Assembly (NCBI RefSeq): GCF_009914755.1
Contig: NC_060943.1
Strand: one strand, 5' to 3'
DNA from: the human T2T-CHM13v2.0 reference genome, Homo sapiens
DNA length: 64,000 nt
The notes below the pieces were generated by a model that was not told the DNA's origin, did no database searches, and worked only from the letters and a program-made list of their open reading frames with translations. The number at the start of each line of letters is the position of its first letter. Positions within the stretch are counted from its first letter, which is position 1. Of this stretch, positions 12,401 to 26,700 are shown one piece after another. The position numbers and the translations under genes were made by a program.

Positions 12401-15299
12401 TTGAAACACTCTTTTTGCGGAATTTGCAAGTGGAGATTTCAGCCGCTTTGAGGTCAATGGTAGAATAGGAAATATCTTCCTATAGAAACTAGACAGAATG
12501 ATTCTCAGAAACTCCTTTGTGATGTGTGCGTTCAACTCACACAGTTTAACCTTTCTTTTCATAGAGCAGTTAGGAAACACTCTGTTTGTAAAGTCTGCAA
12601 GTGGATATTCAGACCTCCTTGAGGCCTTCGTTGGAAACGGGATTTCTTCATATTATGCTAGACAGAAGAATTCTCAGTAACTTCCTTGTGTTGTGTGTAT
12701 TCAACTCACAGAGTTGAACGATCCTTTACACAGAGCAGACTTGAAACACTCTTTTTGTGGAATTTGCAAGTGGAGATTTCAGCCGCTTTGAGTTCAATGG
12801 TAGAATAGGAAATATCTTCCTATAGAAACTAGACAGAATGATTCTCAGAAACTCCTTTGTGATGTGTGCGTTCAACTCACAGAGTTCAACCTTTCTTTTC
12901 ATAGAGCAGTTGGGAAACACTCTGTTTGTAAAGTCTGCAAGTGGATATTCAGACTTCTTTGAGGCCTTCGTTGGAAGCGGGATTTCTTCATGTTCTGCTA
13001 GACAGAAGAATTCTCAGTAACTTCCTTGTGTTGTGTGTATTCAACTCACAGAGTTGAACGATCCTTTACACAGAGCAGACTTGAAACACTCTTTTTGTGG
13101 AATTTGCAAGTGGAGATTTCAGCCGCTTTGAGGTCAATGGTAGAATAGGAAATATCTTCCTATAGAAACTAGACAGAATGATTCTCAGAAACTCCTTTGT
13201 GATGTGTGCGTTCAACTCACAGAGTTTAACCTTTCTTTTCATAGCGCAGTTGGGAAACACTCTGTTTGTAAAGTCTGCAAGTGGATATTCAGACATCCTT
13301 GAGGCTTTCGTTGGAAACGGGATTTGTTCATATTCTGCTAGAAAGAAGAATTCTCAGTAACTTCCTTGTGTTGTGTGTATTCAACTCACAGAGTTGAACG
13401 ATCCTTTACACAGAGCAGACTTGAAACACTCTTTTTGTGGAATTTGCAAGTGGAGATTTCAGCCGCTTTGAGGTCAATGGTAGAATAGGAAATATCTTCC
13501 TATAGAAACTAGACAGAATGATTCTCAGAAACTCCTTTGTGATGTGTGCGTTCAACTCACAGAGTTTAACCTTTCTTTTCATAGAGCAGTTGGGAAACAC
13601 TCTGTTTGTAAAGTCTGCAAGTGGATATTCAGACATCCTTGAGGCTTTCGTTGGAAACGGGATTTCTTCATATTCTGCTAGAAGGAAGAATTCTCAGTAA
13701 CTTCCTTGTGTTGTGTGTATTCAACTCACAGAGTTGAACGATCCTTTATACAGAGCAGACTTGAAACACTCTTTTTGTGGAATTTGCAAGTGGAGATTTC
13801 AGCCGCTTTGAGGTCAATGGTAGAATAGGAAATATCTTCCTATAGAAACTAGACAGAATGATTCTCAGAAACTCCTTTGTGATGTGTGCGTTCAACTCAC
13901 ACAGTTTAACCTTTCTTTTCATAGAGCAGTTGGGAAACACTCTGTTTGTAAAGTCTGCAAGTGGATATTCAGACCTCCTTGAGGCCTTCGTTGGAAACGG
14001 GATTTCTTCATATTATGCTAGACAGAAGAATTCTCAGTAACTTCCTTGTGTTGTGTGTATTCAACTCACAGAGTTGAACGATCCTTTACACAGAGCAGAC
14101 TTGAAACACTCTTTTTGTGGAATTTGCAAGTGGAGATTTCAGCCGCTTTGAAGTCAATGGTAGAATAGGAAATATCTTCCTATAGAAACTAGACAGAATG
14201 ATTCTCAGAAACTCCTTTGTGATGTGTGCGTTCAACTCACACAGTTTAACCTTTCTTTTCATAGAGCAGTTAGGAAACACTCTGTTTGTAAAGTCTGCAA
14301 GTGGATATTCAGACCTCCTTGAGGCCTTCGTTGGAAACGGGATTTCTTCATATTCTGCTAGAAAGAAGAATTCTCAGTAACTTCCTTGTGTTGTGTGTAT
14401 TCAACTCACAGAGTTGAACGATCCTTTACACAGAGCAGACTTGAAACACTCTTTTTGTGGAATTTGCAAGTGGAGATTTCAGCCGCTTTGAGGTCAATGG
14501 TAGAATAGGAAATATCTTCCTATAGAAACTAGACAGAATGATTCTCAGAAACTCCTTTGTGATGTGTGCGTTCAACTCACAGAGTTTAACCTTTCTTTTC
14601 ATAGAGCAGTTAGGAAACACTCTGTTTGTAAAGTCTGCAAGTGGATATTCAGACATCCTTGAGGCTTTCGTTGGAAACGGGATTTCTTCATATTCTGCTA
14701 GAAAGAAGAATTCTCAGTAACTTCCTTGTGTTGTGTGTATTCAACTCACAGAGTTGAACGATCCTTTACACAGAGCAGACTTGAAACACTCTTTTTGTGG
14801 AATTTGCAAGTGGAGATTTCAGCCGCTTTGAGGTCAATGGTAGAATAGGAAATATCTTCCTATAGAAACTAGACAGAATGATTCTCAGAAACTCCTTTGT
14901 GATGTGTGCGTTCAACTCACAGAGTTCAACCTTTCTTTTCATAGAGCAGTTGGGAAACACTCTGTTTGTAAAGTCTGCAAGTGGATATTCAGACATCCTT
15001 GAGGCTTTCGTTGGAAACGGGATTTCTTCATATTCTGCTAGAAAGAAGAATTCTCAGTAACTTCCTTGTGTTGTGTGTATTCAACTCACAGAGTTGAACG
15101 ATCCTTTACACAGAGCAGACTTGAAACACTCTTTTTGTGGAATTTGCAAGTGGAGATTTCAGCCGCTTTGAGTTCAATGGTAGAATAGGAAATATCTTCC
15201 TATAGAAACTAGACAGAATGATTCTCAGAAACTCCTTTGTGATGTGTGCGTTCAACTCACAGAGTTCAACCTTTCTTTTCATAGAGCAGTTGGGAAACA

Positions 15300-18200
15300 C
15301 TCTGTTTGTAAAGTCTACAAGTGGATATTCAGACTTCTTTGAGGCCTTCGTTGGAAGCGGGATTTCTTCATATTCTGCTAGACAGAAGAATTCTCAGTAA
15401 CTGCCTTGTGTTGTGTGTATTCAACTCACAGAGTTGAACGATCCTTTACACAGAGCAGACTTGAAACACTCTTTTTGTGGAATTTGCAAGTGGAGATTTC
15501 AGCCGCTTTGAGGTCAATGGTAGAATAGGAAATATCTTCCTATAGAAACTAGACAGAATGATTCTCAGAAACTCCTTTGTGATGTGTGCGTTCAACTCAC
15601 AGAGTTTACCCTTTCTTTTCATAGAGCAGTTAGGAAACACTCTGTTTGTAAAGTCTGCAAGTGGATATTCAGACATCCTTGAGGCTTTCGTTGGAAACGG
15701 GATTTCTTCATATTCTGCTAGAAAGAAGAATTCTCAGTAACTTCCTTGTGTTGTGTGTATTCAACTCACAGAGTTGAACGATCCTTTACACAGAGCAGAC
15801 TTGAAACACTCTTTTTGTGGAATTTGCAAGTGGAGATTTCAGCCGCTTTGAGGTCAATGGTAGAATAGGAAATATCTTCCTATAGAAACTAGACAGAATG
15901 ATTCTCAGAAACTCCTTTGTGATGTGTGCGTTCAACTCACAGAGTTCAACCTTTCTTTTCATAGAGCAGTTGGGAAACACTCTGTTTGTAAAGTCTGCAA
16001 GTGGATATTCAGACTTCTTTGAGGCCTTCGTTGGAAGCGGGATTTCTTCATGTTCTGCTAGACAGAAGAATTCTCAGTAACTGCCTTGTGTTGTGTGTAT
16101 TCAACTCACAGAGTTGAACGATCCTTTACACAGAGCAGACTTGAAACACTCCTTTTGTGGAATTTGCAAGTGGAGATTTCAGCCGCTTTGAGGTCAATGG
16201 TAGAATAGGAAATATCTTCCTATAGAAACTAGACAGAATGATTCTCAGAAACTCCTTTGTGATGTGTGCGTTCAACTCACAGAGTTTAACCTTTCTTTTC
16301 ATAGAGCAGTTAGGAAACACTCTGTTTGTAAAGTCTGCAAGTGGATAATCAGACATCCTTGAGGCTTTCGTTGGAAACGGGATTTCTTCATATTCTGCTA
16401 GAAAGAAGAATTCTCAGTAACTTCCTTGTGTTGTGTGTATTCAACTCACAGAGTTGAACGATCCTTTACACAGAGCAGACTTGAAACACTCTTTTTGTGG
16501 AATTTGCAAGTGGAGATTTCAGCCGCTTTGAGGTCAATGGTAGAATAGGAAATATCTTCCTATAGAAACTAGACAGAATGATTCTCAGAAACTCCTTTGT
16601 GATGTGTGCGTTCAACTCACAGAGTTTAACCTTTCTTTTCATAGAGCAGTTAGGAAACACTCTGTTTGTAAAGTCTGCAAGTGGATATTCAGACATCCTT
16701 GAGGCTTTCGTTGGAAACGGGATTTCTTCATATTCTGCTAGAAAGAAGAATTCTCAGTAACTTCCTTGTGTTGTGTGTATTCAACTCACAGAGTTGAACG
16801 ATCCTTTACACAGAGCAGACTTGAAACACTCTTTTTGTGGAATTTGCAAGTGGAGATTTCAGCCGCTTTGAGGTCAATGGTAGAATAGGAAATATCTTCC
16901 TATAGAAACTAGACAGAATGATTCTCAGAAACTCCTTTGTGATGTGTGCGTTCAACTCACAGAGTTTAACCTTTCTTTTCATAGAGCAGTTGGGAAACAC
17001 TCTGTTTGTAAAGTCTGCAAGTGGATATTCAGACATCCTTGAGGCTTTCGTTGGAAACGGGATTTCTTCATATTCTGCTAGAAAGAAGAATTCTCAGTAA
17101 CTTCCTTGTGTTGTGTGTATTCAACTCACAGAGTTGAACGATCCTTTACACAGAGCAGACTTGAAACACTCTTTTTGTGGAATTTGCAAGTGGAGATTTC
17201 AGCCGCTTTGAGGTCAATGGTAGAATAGGAAATATCTTCCTATAGAAACTAGACAGAATGATTCTCAGAAACTCCTTTGTGATGTGTGCTTTCAACTCAC
17301 AGAGTTTAACCTTTCTTTTCATAGAGCAGTTAGGAAACACTCTGTTTGTAAAGTCTGCAAGTGGATATTCAGACATCCTTGAGGCTTTCGTTGGAAACGG
17401 GATTTCTTCATATTCTGCTAGAAAGAAGAATTCTCAGTAACTTCCTTGTGTTGTGTGTATTCAACTCACAGAGTTGAACGATCCTTTACACAGAGCAGAC
17501 TTGAAACACTCTTTTTGTGGAATTTGCAAGTGGAGATTTCAGCCGCTTTGAGGTCAATGGTAGAATAGGAAATATCTTCCTATAGAAACTAGACAGAATG
17601 ATTCTCAGAAACTCCTTTGTGATGTGTGCGTTCAACTCACAGAGTTTAACCTTTCTTTTCATAGAGCAGTTGGGAAACACTCTGTTTGTAAAGTCTGCAA
17701 GTGGATATTCAGACATCCTTGAGGCATTCGTTGGAAACGGGATTTCTTCATATTATGCTAGACAGAAGAATTCTCAGTAACTTCCTTGTGTTGTGTGTAT
17801 TCAACTCACAGAGATGAACGATCCTTTACACAGAGCAGACTTGAAACACTCTTTTTGTGGAATTTGCAAGTGGAGATTTCAGCCGCTTTGAGGTCAATGG
17901 TAGAATAGGAAATATCTTCCTATAGAAACTAGACAGAATGATTCTCAGAAACTCCTTTGTGATGTGTGCGTTCAACTCAAACAGTTCAACCTTTCTTTTC
18001 ATAGAGCAGTTGGGAAACACTCTGTTTGTAAAGTCTGCAAGTGGATATTCAGACTTCTTTGAGGCCTTCGTTGGAAGCGGGATTTCTTCATATTCTGCTA
18101 GACAGAAGAATTCTCAGTAACTGCCTTGTGTTGTGTGTATTCAACTCACAGAGTTGAACGATCCTTTACACAGAGCAGACTTGAAACACTCTTTTTGTGG

Positions 18201-20740
18201 AATTTGCAAGTGGAGATTTCAGCCGCTTTGAGGTCAATGGTAGAATAGGAAATATCTTCCTATAGAAACTAGACAGAATGATTCTCAGAAACTCCTTTGT
18301 GATGTGTGCGTTCAACTCACAGAGTTTACCCTTTCTTTTCATAGAGCAGTTAGGAAACACTCTGTTTGTAAAGTCTGCAAGTGGATATTCAGACATCCTT
18401 GAGGCTTTCGTTGGAAACGGGATTTCTTCATATTCTGCTAGAAAGAAGAATTCTCAGTAACTTCCTTGTGTTGTGTGTATTCAACTCACAGAGTTGAACG
18501 ATCCTTTACACAGAGCAGACTTGAAACACTCTTTTTGTGGAATTTGCAAGTGGAGATTTCAGCCGCTTTGAGGTCAATGGTAGAATAGGAAATATCTTCC
18601 TATAGAAACTAGACAGAATGATTCTCAGAAACTCCTTTGTGATGTGTGCGTTCAACTCACAGAGTTCAACCTTTCTTTTCATAGAGCAGTTGGGAAACAC
18701 TCTGTTTGTAAAGTCTGCAAGTGGATATTCAGACTTCTTTGAGGCCTTCGTTGGAAGCGGGATTTCTTCATGTTCTGCTAGACAGAAGAATTCTCAGTAA
18801 CTGCCTTGTGTTGTGTGTATTCAACTCACAGAGTTGAACGATCCTTTACACAGAGCAGACTTGAAACACTCCTTTTGTGGAATTTGCAAGTGGAGATTTC
18901 AGCCGCTTTGAGGTCAATGGTAGAATAGGAAATATCTTCCTATAGAAACTAGACAGAATGATTCTCAGAAACTCCTTTGTGATGTGTGCGTTCAACTCAC
19001 AGAGTTTAACCTTTCTTTTCATAGAGCAGTTAGGAAACACTCTGTTTGTAAAGTCTGCAAGTGGATAATCAGACATCCTTGAGGCTTTCGTTGGAAACGG
19101 GATTTCTTCATATTCTGCTAGAAAGAAGAATTCTCAGTAACTTCCTTGTGTTGTGTGTATTCAACTCACAGAGTTGAACGATCCTTTACACAGAGCAGAC
19201 TTGAAACACTCTTTTTGTGGAATTTGCAAGTGGAGATTTCAGCCGCTTTGAGGTCAATGGTAGAATAGGAAATATCTTCCTATAGAAACTAGACAGAATG
19301 ATTCTCAGAAACTCCTTTGTGATGTGTGCGTTCAACTCACAGAGTTTAACCTTTCTTTTCATAGAGCAGTTAGGAAACACTCTGTTTGTAAAGTCTGCAA
19401 GTGGATATTCAGACATCCTTGAGGCTTTCGTTGGAAACGGGATTTCTTCATATTCTGCTAGAAAGAAGAATTCTCAGTAACTTCCTTGTGTTGTGTGTAT
19501 TCAACTCACAGAGTTGAACGATCCTTTACACAGAGCAGACTTGAAACACTCTTTTTGTGGAATTTGCAAGTGGAGATTTCAGCCGCTTTGAGGTCAATGG
19601 TAGAATAGGAAATATCTTCCTATAGAAACTAGACAGAATGATTCTCAGAAACTCCTTTGTGATGTGTGCGTTCAACTCACAGAGTTTAACCTTTCTTTTC
19701 ATAGAGCAGTTGGGAAACACTCTGTTTGTAAAGTCTGCAAGTGGATATTCAGACATCCTTGAGGCTTTCGTTGGAAACGGGATTTCTTCATATTCTGCTA
19801 GAAAGAAGAATTCTCAGTAACTTCCTTGTGTTGTGTGTATTCAACTCACAGAGTTGAACGATCCTTTACACAGAGCAGACTTGAAACACTCTTTTTGTGG
19901 AATTTGCAAGTGGAGATTTCAGCCGCTTTGAGGTCAATGGTAGAATAGGAAATATCTTCCTATAGAAACTAGACAGAATGATTCTCAGAAACTCCTTTGT
20001 GATGTGTGCGTTCAACTCACAGAGTTTAACCTTTCTTTTCATAGAGCAGTTAGGAAACACTCTGTTTGTAAAGTCTGCAAGTGGATATTCAGACATCCTT
20101 GAGGCTTTCGTTGGAAACGGGATTTCTTCATATTCTGCTAGAAAGAAGAATTCTCAGTAACTTCCTTGTGTTGTGTGTATTCAACTCACAGAGTTGAACG
20201 ATCCTTTACACAGAGCAGACTTGAAACACTCTTTTTGTGGAATTTGCAAGTGGAGATTTCAGCCGCTTTGAGGTCAATGGTAGAATAGGAAATATCTTCC
20301 TATAGAAACTAGACAGAATGATTCTCAGAAACTCCTTTGTGATGTGTGCGTTCAACTCACAGAGTTTAACCTTTCTTTTCATAGAGCAGTTGGGAAACAC
20401 TCTGTTTGTAAAGTCTGCAAGTGGATATTCAGACATCCTTGAGGCATTCGTTGGAAACGGGATTTCTTCATATTATGCTAGACAGAAGAATTCTCAGTAA
20501 CTTCCTTGTGTTGTGTGTATTCAACTCACAGAGATGAACGATCCTTTACACAGAGCAGACTTGAAACACTCTTTTTGTGGAATTTGCAAGTGGAGATTTC
20601 AGCCGCTTTGAGGTCAATGGTAGAATAGGAAATATCTTCCTATAGAAACTAGACAGAATGATTCTCAGAAACTCCTTTGTGATGTGTGCGTTCAACTCAC
20701 ACAGTTCAACCTTTCTTTTCATAGAGCAGTTGGGAAACAC
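15300..20740 (+). repeat. Tandem duplication of 8 dimers (2,720 bp); ends approximate
   Basis: Rare variant gtggataAtc at 16348 and 19068. The tttaCc, cCtttt and gagAtg variants recur at the same 2,720-bp offset. Confidence 0.85.
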
Positions 20741-23700
20741 TCTGTTTGTAAAGTCTGCAAGTGGATATTCAGACTTCTTTGAGGCCTTCGTTGGAAGCGG
20801 GATTTCTTCATGTTCTGCTAGACAGAAGAATTCTCAGTAACTGCCTTGTGTTGTGTGTATTCAACTCACAGAGTTGAACGATCCTTTACACAGAGCAGAC
20901 TTGAAACACTCTTTTTGTGGAATTTGCAAGTGGAGATTTCAGCCGCTTTGAGGTCAATGGTAGAATAGGAAATATCTTCCTATAGAAACTAGACAGAATG
21001 ATTCTGAGAAACTCCTTTGTGATGTGTGCGTTCAACTCACACAGTTTAACCTTTCTTTTCATAGAGCAGTTAGGAAACACTCTGTTTGTAAAGTCTGCAA
21101 GTGGATATTCAGACCTCCTTGAGGCCTTCGTTGGAAACGGGATTTCTTCATATTATGCTAGACAGAAGAATTCTCAGTAACTTCCTTGTGTTGTGTGTAT
21201 TCAACTCACAGAGTTGAACGATCCTTTACACAGAGCAGACTTGAAACACTCTTTTTGTGGAATTTGCAAGTGGAGATTTCAGCCGCTTTGAGTTCAATGG
21301 TAGAATAGGAAATATCTTCCTATAGAAACTAGACAGAATGATTCTCAGAAACTCCTTTGTGATGTGTGCGTTCAACTCACAGAGTTTAACCTTTCTTTTC
21401 ATAGAGCAGTTAGGAAACACTCTGTTTGTAAAATCTGCAAGTAGATATTCAGACATCTTTGAGGCCTTCGTTGGAAACGGGATTTCTTCATGTTCTGCTA
21501 GACAGAAGAATTCTCAGAAACTTCCTTGTGTTGTGTGTTTTCAACTCACAGAGTTGAACGATGGTTTACACAGAGTAGACCTGAAACACTCTTTTTGTGT
21601 AATTTGCAAGTGGAGATTTCAGCCGCTTTGAGGTCAATGGTAGAAAAGGAAATATCTTCGTATAAAAACTAGACAGAATGATTCTCAGAAACTCCTTTGT
21701 GATGTGTGCGTTCAACTCACAGAGTTTAACCTTTCTTTTCATAGAGCAGTTAGGAAACACTCTGTTTGTAAAGTCTGCAAGTGGATATTCAGACATCCTT
21801 GAGGCTTTCGTTGGAAACGGGATTTCTTCATATTCTGCTAGAAAGAAGAATTCTCAGTAACTTCCTTGTGTTGTGTGTATTCAACTCACAGAGTTGAACG
21901 ATCCTTTACACTCAGCAGACTTGAAACACTCTTTTTGTGGAATTTGCAAGTGGAGATTTCAGCCGCTTTGAGGTCAATGGTAGAATAGGAAATATCTTCC
22001 TATAGAAACTAGACAGAATGATTCTCAGAAACTCCTTTGTGATGTGTGCGTTCAACTCACAGAGTTCATCCTTTCTTTTCATAGAGCAGTTAGGAAACAC
22101 TCTGTTTGTAAAGTCTGCATGTGGATATTCAGACATCTTTGAGGCCTTCGTTGGAAACGGGATTTCTTCATGTTCTGCTAGACAGAAGAATTCTCAGAAA
22201 CTTCCTTGTGTTGTGTGTTTTCAACTCACAGAGTTGAACGATGCTTTACACAGAGTAGACCTGAAACACTCTTTTTGTGTAATTTGCAAGTGGAGATTTC
22301 AGCCGCTTTGAGGTCAATGGTAGAAAAGGAAATATCTTCGTATAAAAACTAGACAGAATGATTCTCAGAAACTCCTTTGTGATGTGTGCGTTCAACTCAC
22401 AGAGTTTAACCTTTCTTTTCATAGAGCAGTTAGGAAACACTCTGTTTGTAAAGTCTGCAAGTGGATATTCAGACCTCCTTGAGGACTTCGTTGGAAACGG
22501 GATTTCTTCATATTATGCTAGACAGAAGAATTCTCAGTAACTTCCTTGTGTTGTGTGTATTCAACTCACAGAGTTGAACGATCCTTTACACAGAGCAGAC
22601 TTGAAACACTCTTTTTGTGGAATTTGCAAGTGGAGATTTCAGCCGCTTTGAGGTCAATGGTAGAATAGGAAATATCTTCATATAGAAACTAGACAGAATG
22701 ATTCTCAGAAACTCCTTTGTGATGTGTGCGTTCAACTCACACAGTTTAACCTTTCTTTTCATAGAGCAGTTAGAAAACACTCTGTTTGTAAAGTCTGCAA
22801 GTGGATATTCAGACCTCCTTGAGGCATTCGTTGGAAACGGGATTTCTTCATATTATGCTAGACAGAAGAATTCTCAGTAACTTCCTTGTGTTGTGTGTAT
22901 TCAACTCACAGAGTTGAACGATCCTTTACACAGAGCAGACTTGAAACACTCTTTTTGTGGAATTTGCAAGTGGAGATTTCAGCCGCTTTGAGGTCAATGT
23001 TAGAATAGGAAATATCTTCCTATAGAAACTAGACAGAATGATTCTCAGAACCTCCTTTGTGATGTGTGCGTTCAACTCACAGAGTTTAACCTTTCTTTTC
23101 ATAGAGCAGTTAGGAAACACTCTGTTTGTAAAGTCTGCAAGTGGATATTCAGACATCCTTGAGGCTTTCGTTGGAAACGGGATTTCTTCATATTCTGCTA
23201 GAAAGAAGAATTCTCAGTAACTTCCTTGTGTTGTGTGTATTCAACTCACAGAGTTGAACGATCCTTTACACAGAGCAGACTTGAAACACTCTTTTTGTGG
23301 AATTTGCAAGTGGAGATTTCAGCCGCTTTGAGTTCAATGGTAGAATAGGAAATATCTTCCTATAGAAACTAGACAGAATGATTCTCAGAAACTCCTTTGT
23401 GATGTGTGCGTTCAACTCACAGAGTTTAACCTTTCTTTTCATAGAGCAGTTGGGAAACACTCTGTTTGTAAAGTCTGCAAGTGGATATTCAGACATCCTT
23501 GAGGCTTTCGTTGGAAACGGGATTTCTTCATATTCTGCTAGAAAGAAGAATTCTCAGTAACTTCCTTGTGTTGTGTGTATTCAACTCACAGAGTTGAACG
23601 ATCCTTTACACAGAGCAGACTTGAAACACTCTTTTTGTGGAATTTGCAAGTGGAGATTTCAGCCGCTTTGAGGTCAATGGTAGAATAGGAAATATCTTCC

Positions 23701-26700
23701 TATAGAAACTAGACAGAATGATTCTCAGAAACTCCTTTGTGATGTGTGCGTTCAACTCACAGAGTTTAACCTTTCTTTTCATAGAGCAGTTGGGAAACAC
23801 TCTGTTTGTAAAGTCTGCAAGTGGATATTCAGACCTCCTTGAGGCCTTCGTTGGAAACGGGATTTCTTCATATTATGCTAGACAGAAGAATTCTCAGTAA
23901 CTTCCTTGTGTTGTGTGTATTCAACTCACAGAGTTGAACGATCCTTTACACAGAGCAGACTTGAAACACTCTTTTTGTGGAATTTGCAAGTGGAGATTTC
24001 AGCCGCTTTGAGTTCAATGGTAGAATAGGAAATATCTTCCTATAGAAACTAGACAGAATGATTCTCAGAAACTCCTTTGTGATGTGTGCGTTCAACTCAC
24101 AGAGTTCAACCTTTCTTTTAATAGAGCAGTTGGGAAACACTCTGTTTGTAAAGTCTGCAAGTGGATATTCAGACTTCTTTGAGGCCTTCGTTGGAAGCGG
24201 GATTTCTTCATATTCGGCTAGACAGAAGAATTCTCAGTAACTTCCTTGTGTTGTGTGTATTCAACTCACAGAGTTGAACGATCCTTTACACAGAGCAGAC
24301 TTGAAACACTCTTTTTGTGGAATTTGCAAGTGGAGATTTCAGCCGCTTTGAGGTCAATGGTAGAATAGGAAATATCTTCCTATAGAAACTAGACAGAATG
24401 ATTCTCAGAAACTCCTTTGTGATGTGTGCGTTCAACTCACAGAGTTTAACCTTTCTTTTCATAGAGCAGTTGGGAAACACTCTGTTTGTAAAGTCTGCAA
24501 GTGGATATTCAGACATCCTTGAGGCTTTCGTTGGAAACGGGATTTCTTCATATTCTGCTAGAAAGAAGAATTCTCAGTAACTTCCTTGTGTTGTGTGTAT
24601 TCAACTCACAGAGTTGAACGATCCTTTACACAGAGCAGACTTGAAACACTCTTTTTGCGGAATTTGCAAGTGGAGATTTCAGCCGCTTTGAGGTCAATGG
24701 TAGAATAGGAAATATCTTCCTATAGAAACTAGACAGAATGATTCTCAGAAACTCCTTTGTGATGTGTGCGTTCAACTCACACAGTTTAACCTTTCTTTTC
24801 ATAGAGCAGTTAGGAAACACTCTGTTTGTAAAGTCTGCAAGTGGATATTCAGACCTCCTTGAGGCCTTCGTTGGAAACGGGATTTCTTCATATTATGCTA
24901 GACAGAAGAATTCTCAGTAACTTCCTTGTGTTGTGTGTATTCAACTCACAGAGTTGAACGATCCTTTACACAGAGCAGACTTGAAACACTCTTTTTGTGG
25001 AATTTGCAAGTGGAGATTTCAGCCGCTTTGAGTTCAATGGTAGAATAGGAAATATCTTCCTATAGAAACTAGACAGAATGATTCTCAGAAACTCCTTTGT
25101 GATGTGTGCGTTCAACTCACAGAGTTCAACCTTTCTTTTCATAGAGCAGTTGGGAAACACTCTGTTTGTAAAGTCTGCAAGTGGATATTCAGACTTCTTT
25201 GAGGCCTTCGTTGGAAGCGGGATTTCTTCATGTTCTGCTAGACAGAAGAATTCTCAGTAACTTCCTTGTGTTGTGTGTATTCAACTCACAGAGTTGAACG
25301 ATCCTTTACACAGAGCAGACTTGAAACACTCTTTTTGTGGAATTTGCAAGTGGAGATTTCAGCCGCTTTGAGGTCAATGGTAGAATAGGAAATATCTTCC
25401 TATAGAAACTAGACAGAATGATTCTCAGAAACTCCTTTGTGATGTGTGCGTTCAACTCACAGAGTTTAACCTTTCTTTTCATAGCGCAGTTGGGAAACAC
25501 TCTGTTTGTAAAGTCTGCAAGTGGATATTCAGACATCCTTGAGGCTTTCGTTGGAAACGGGATTTGTTCATATTCTGCTAGAAAGAAGAATTCTCAGTAA
25601 CTTCCTTGTGTTGTGTGTATTCAACTCACAGAGTTGAACGATCCTTTACACAGAGCAGACTTGAAACACTCTTTTTGTGGAATTTGCAAGTGGAGATTTC
25701 AGCCGCTTTGAGGTCAATGGTAGAATAGGAAATATCTTCCTATAGAAACTAGACAGAATGATTCTCAGAAACTCCTTTGTGATGTGTGCGTTCAACTCAC
25801 AGAGTTTAACCTTTCTTTTCATAGAGCAGTTGGGAAACACTCTGTTTGTAAAGTCTGCAAGTGGATATTCAGACATCCTTGAGGCTTTCGTTGGAAACGG
25901 GATTTCTTCATATTCTGCTAGAAGGAAGAATTCTCAGTAACTTCCTTGTGTTGTGTGTATTCAACTCACAGAGTTGAACGATCCTTTATACAGAGCAGAC
26001 TTGAAACACTCTTTTTGTGGAATTTGCAAGTGGAGATTTCAGCCGCTTTGAGGTCAATGGTAGAATAGGAAATATCTTCCTATAGAAACTAGACAGAATG
26101 ATTCTCAGAAACTCCTTTGTGATGTGTGCGTTCAACTCACACAGTTTAACCTTTCTTTTCATAGAGCAGTTGGGAAACACTCTGTTTGTAAAGTCTGCAA
26201 GTGGATATTCAGACCTCCTTGAGGCCTTCGTTGGAAACGGGATTTCTTCATATTATGCTAGACAGAAGAATTCTCAGTAACTTCCTTGTGTTGTGTGTAT
26301 TCAACTCACAGAGTTGAACGATCCTTTACACAGAGCAGACTTGAAACACTCTTTTTGTGGAATTTGCAAGTGGAGATTTCAGCCGCTTTGAAGTCAATGG
26401 TAGAATAGGAAATATCTTCCTATAGAAACTAGACAGAATGATTCTCAGAAACTCCTTTGTGATGTGTGCGTTCAACTCACAGAGTTTAACCTTTCTTTTC
26501 ATAGAGCAGTTAGGAAACACTCTGTTTGTAAAGTCTGCAAGTGGATATTCAGACATCCTTGAGGCTTTCGTTGGAAACGGGATTTCTTCATATTCTGCTA
26601 GAAAGAAGAATTCTCAGTAACTTCCTTGTGTTGTGTGTATTCAACTCACAGAGTTGAACGATCCTTTACACAGAGCAGACTTGAAACACTCTTTTTGTGG

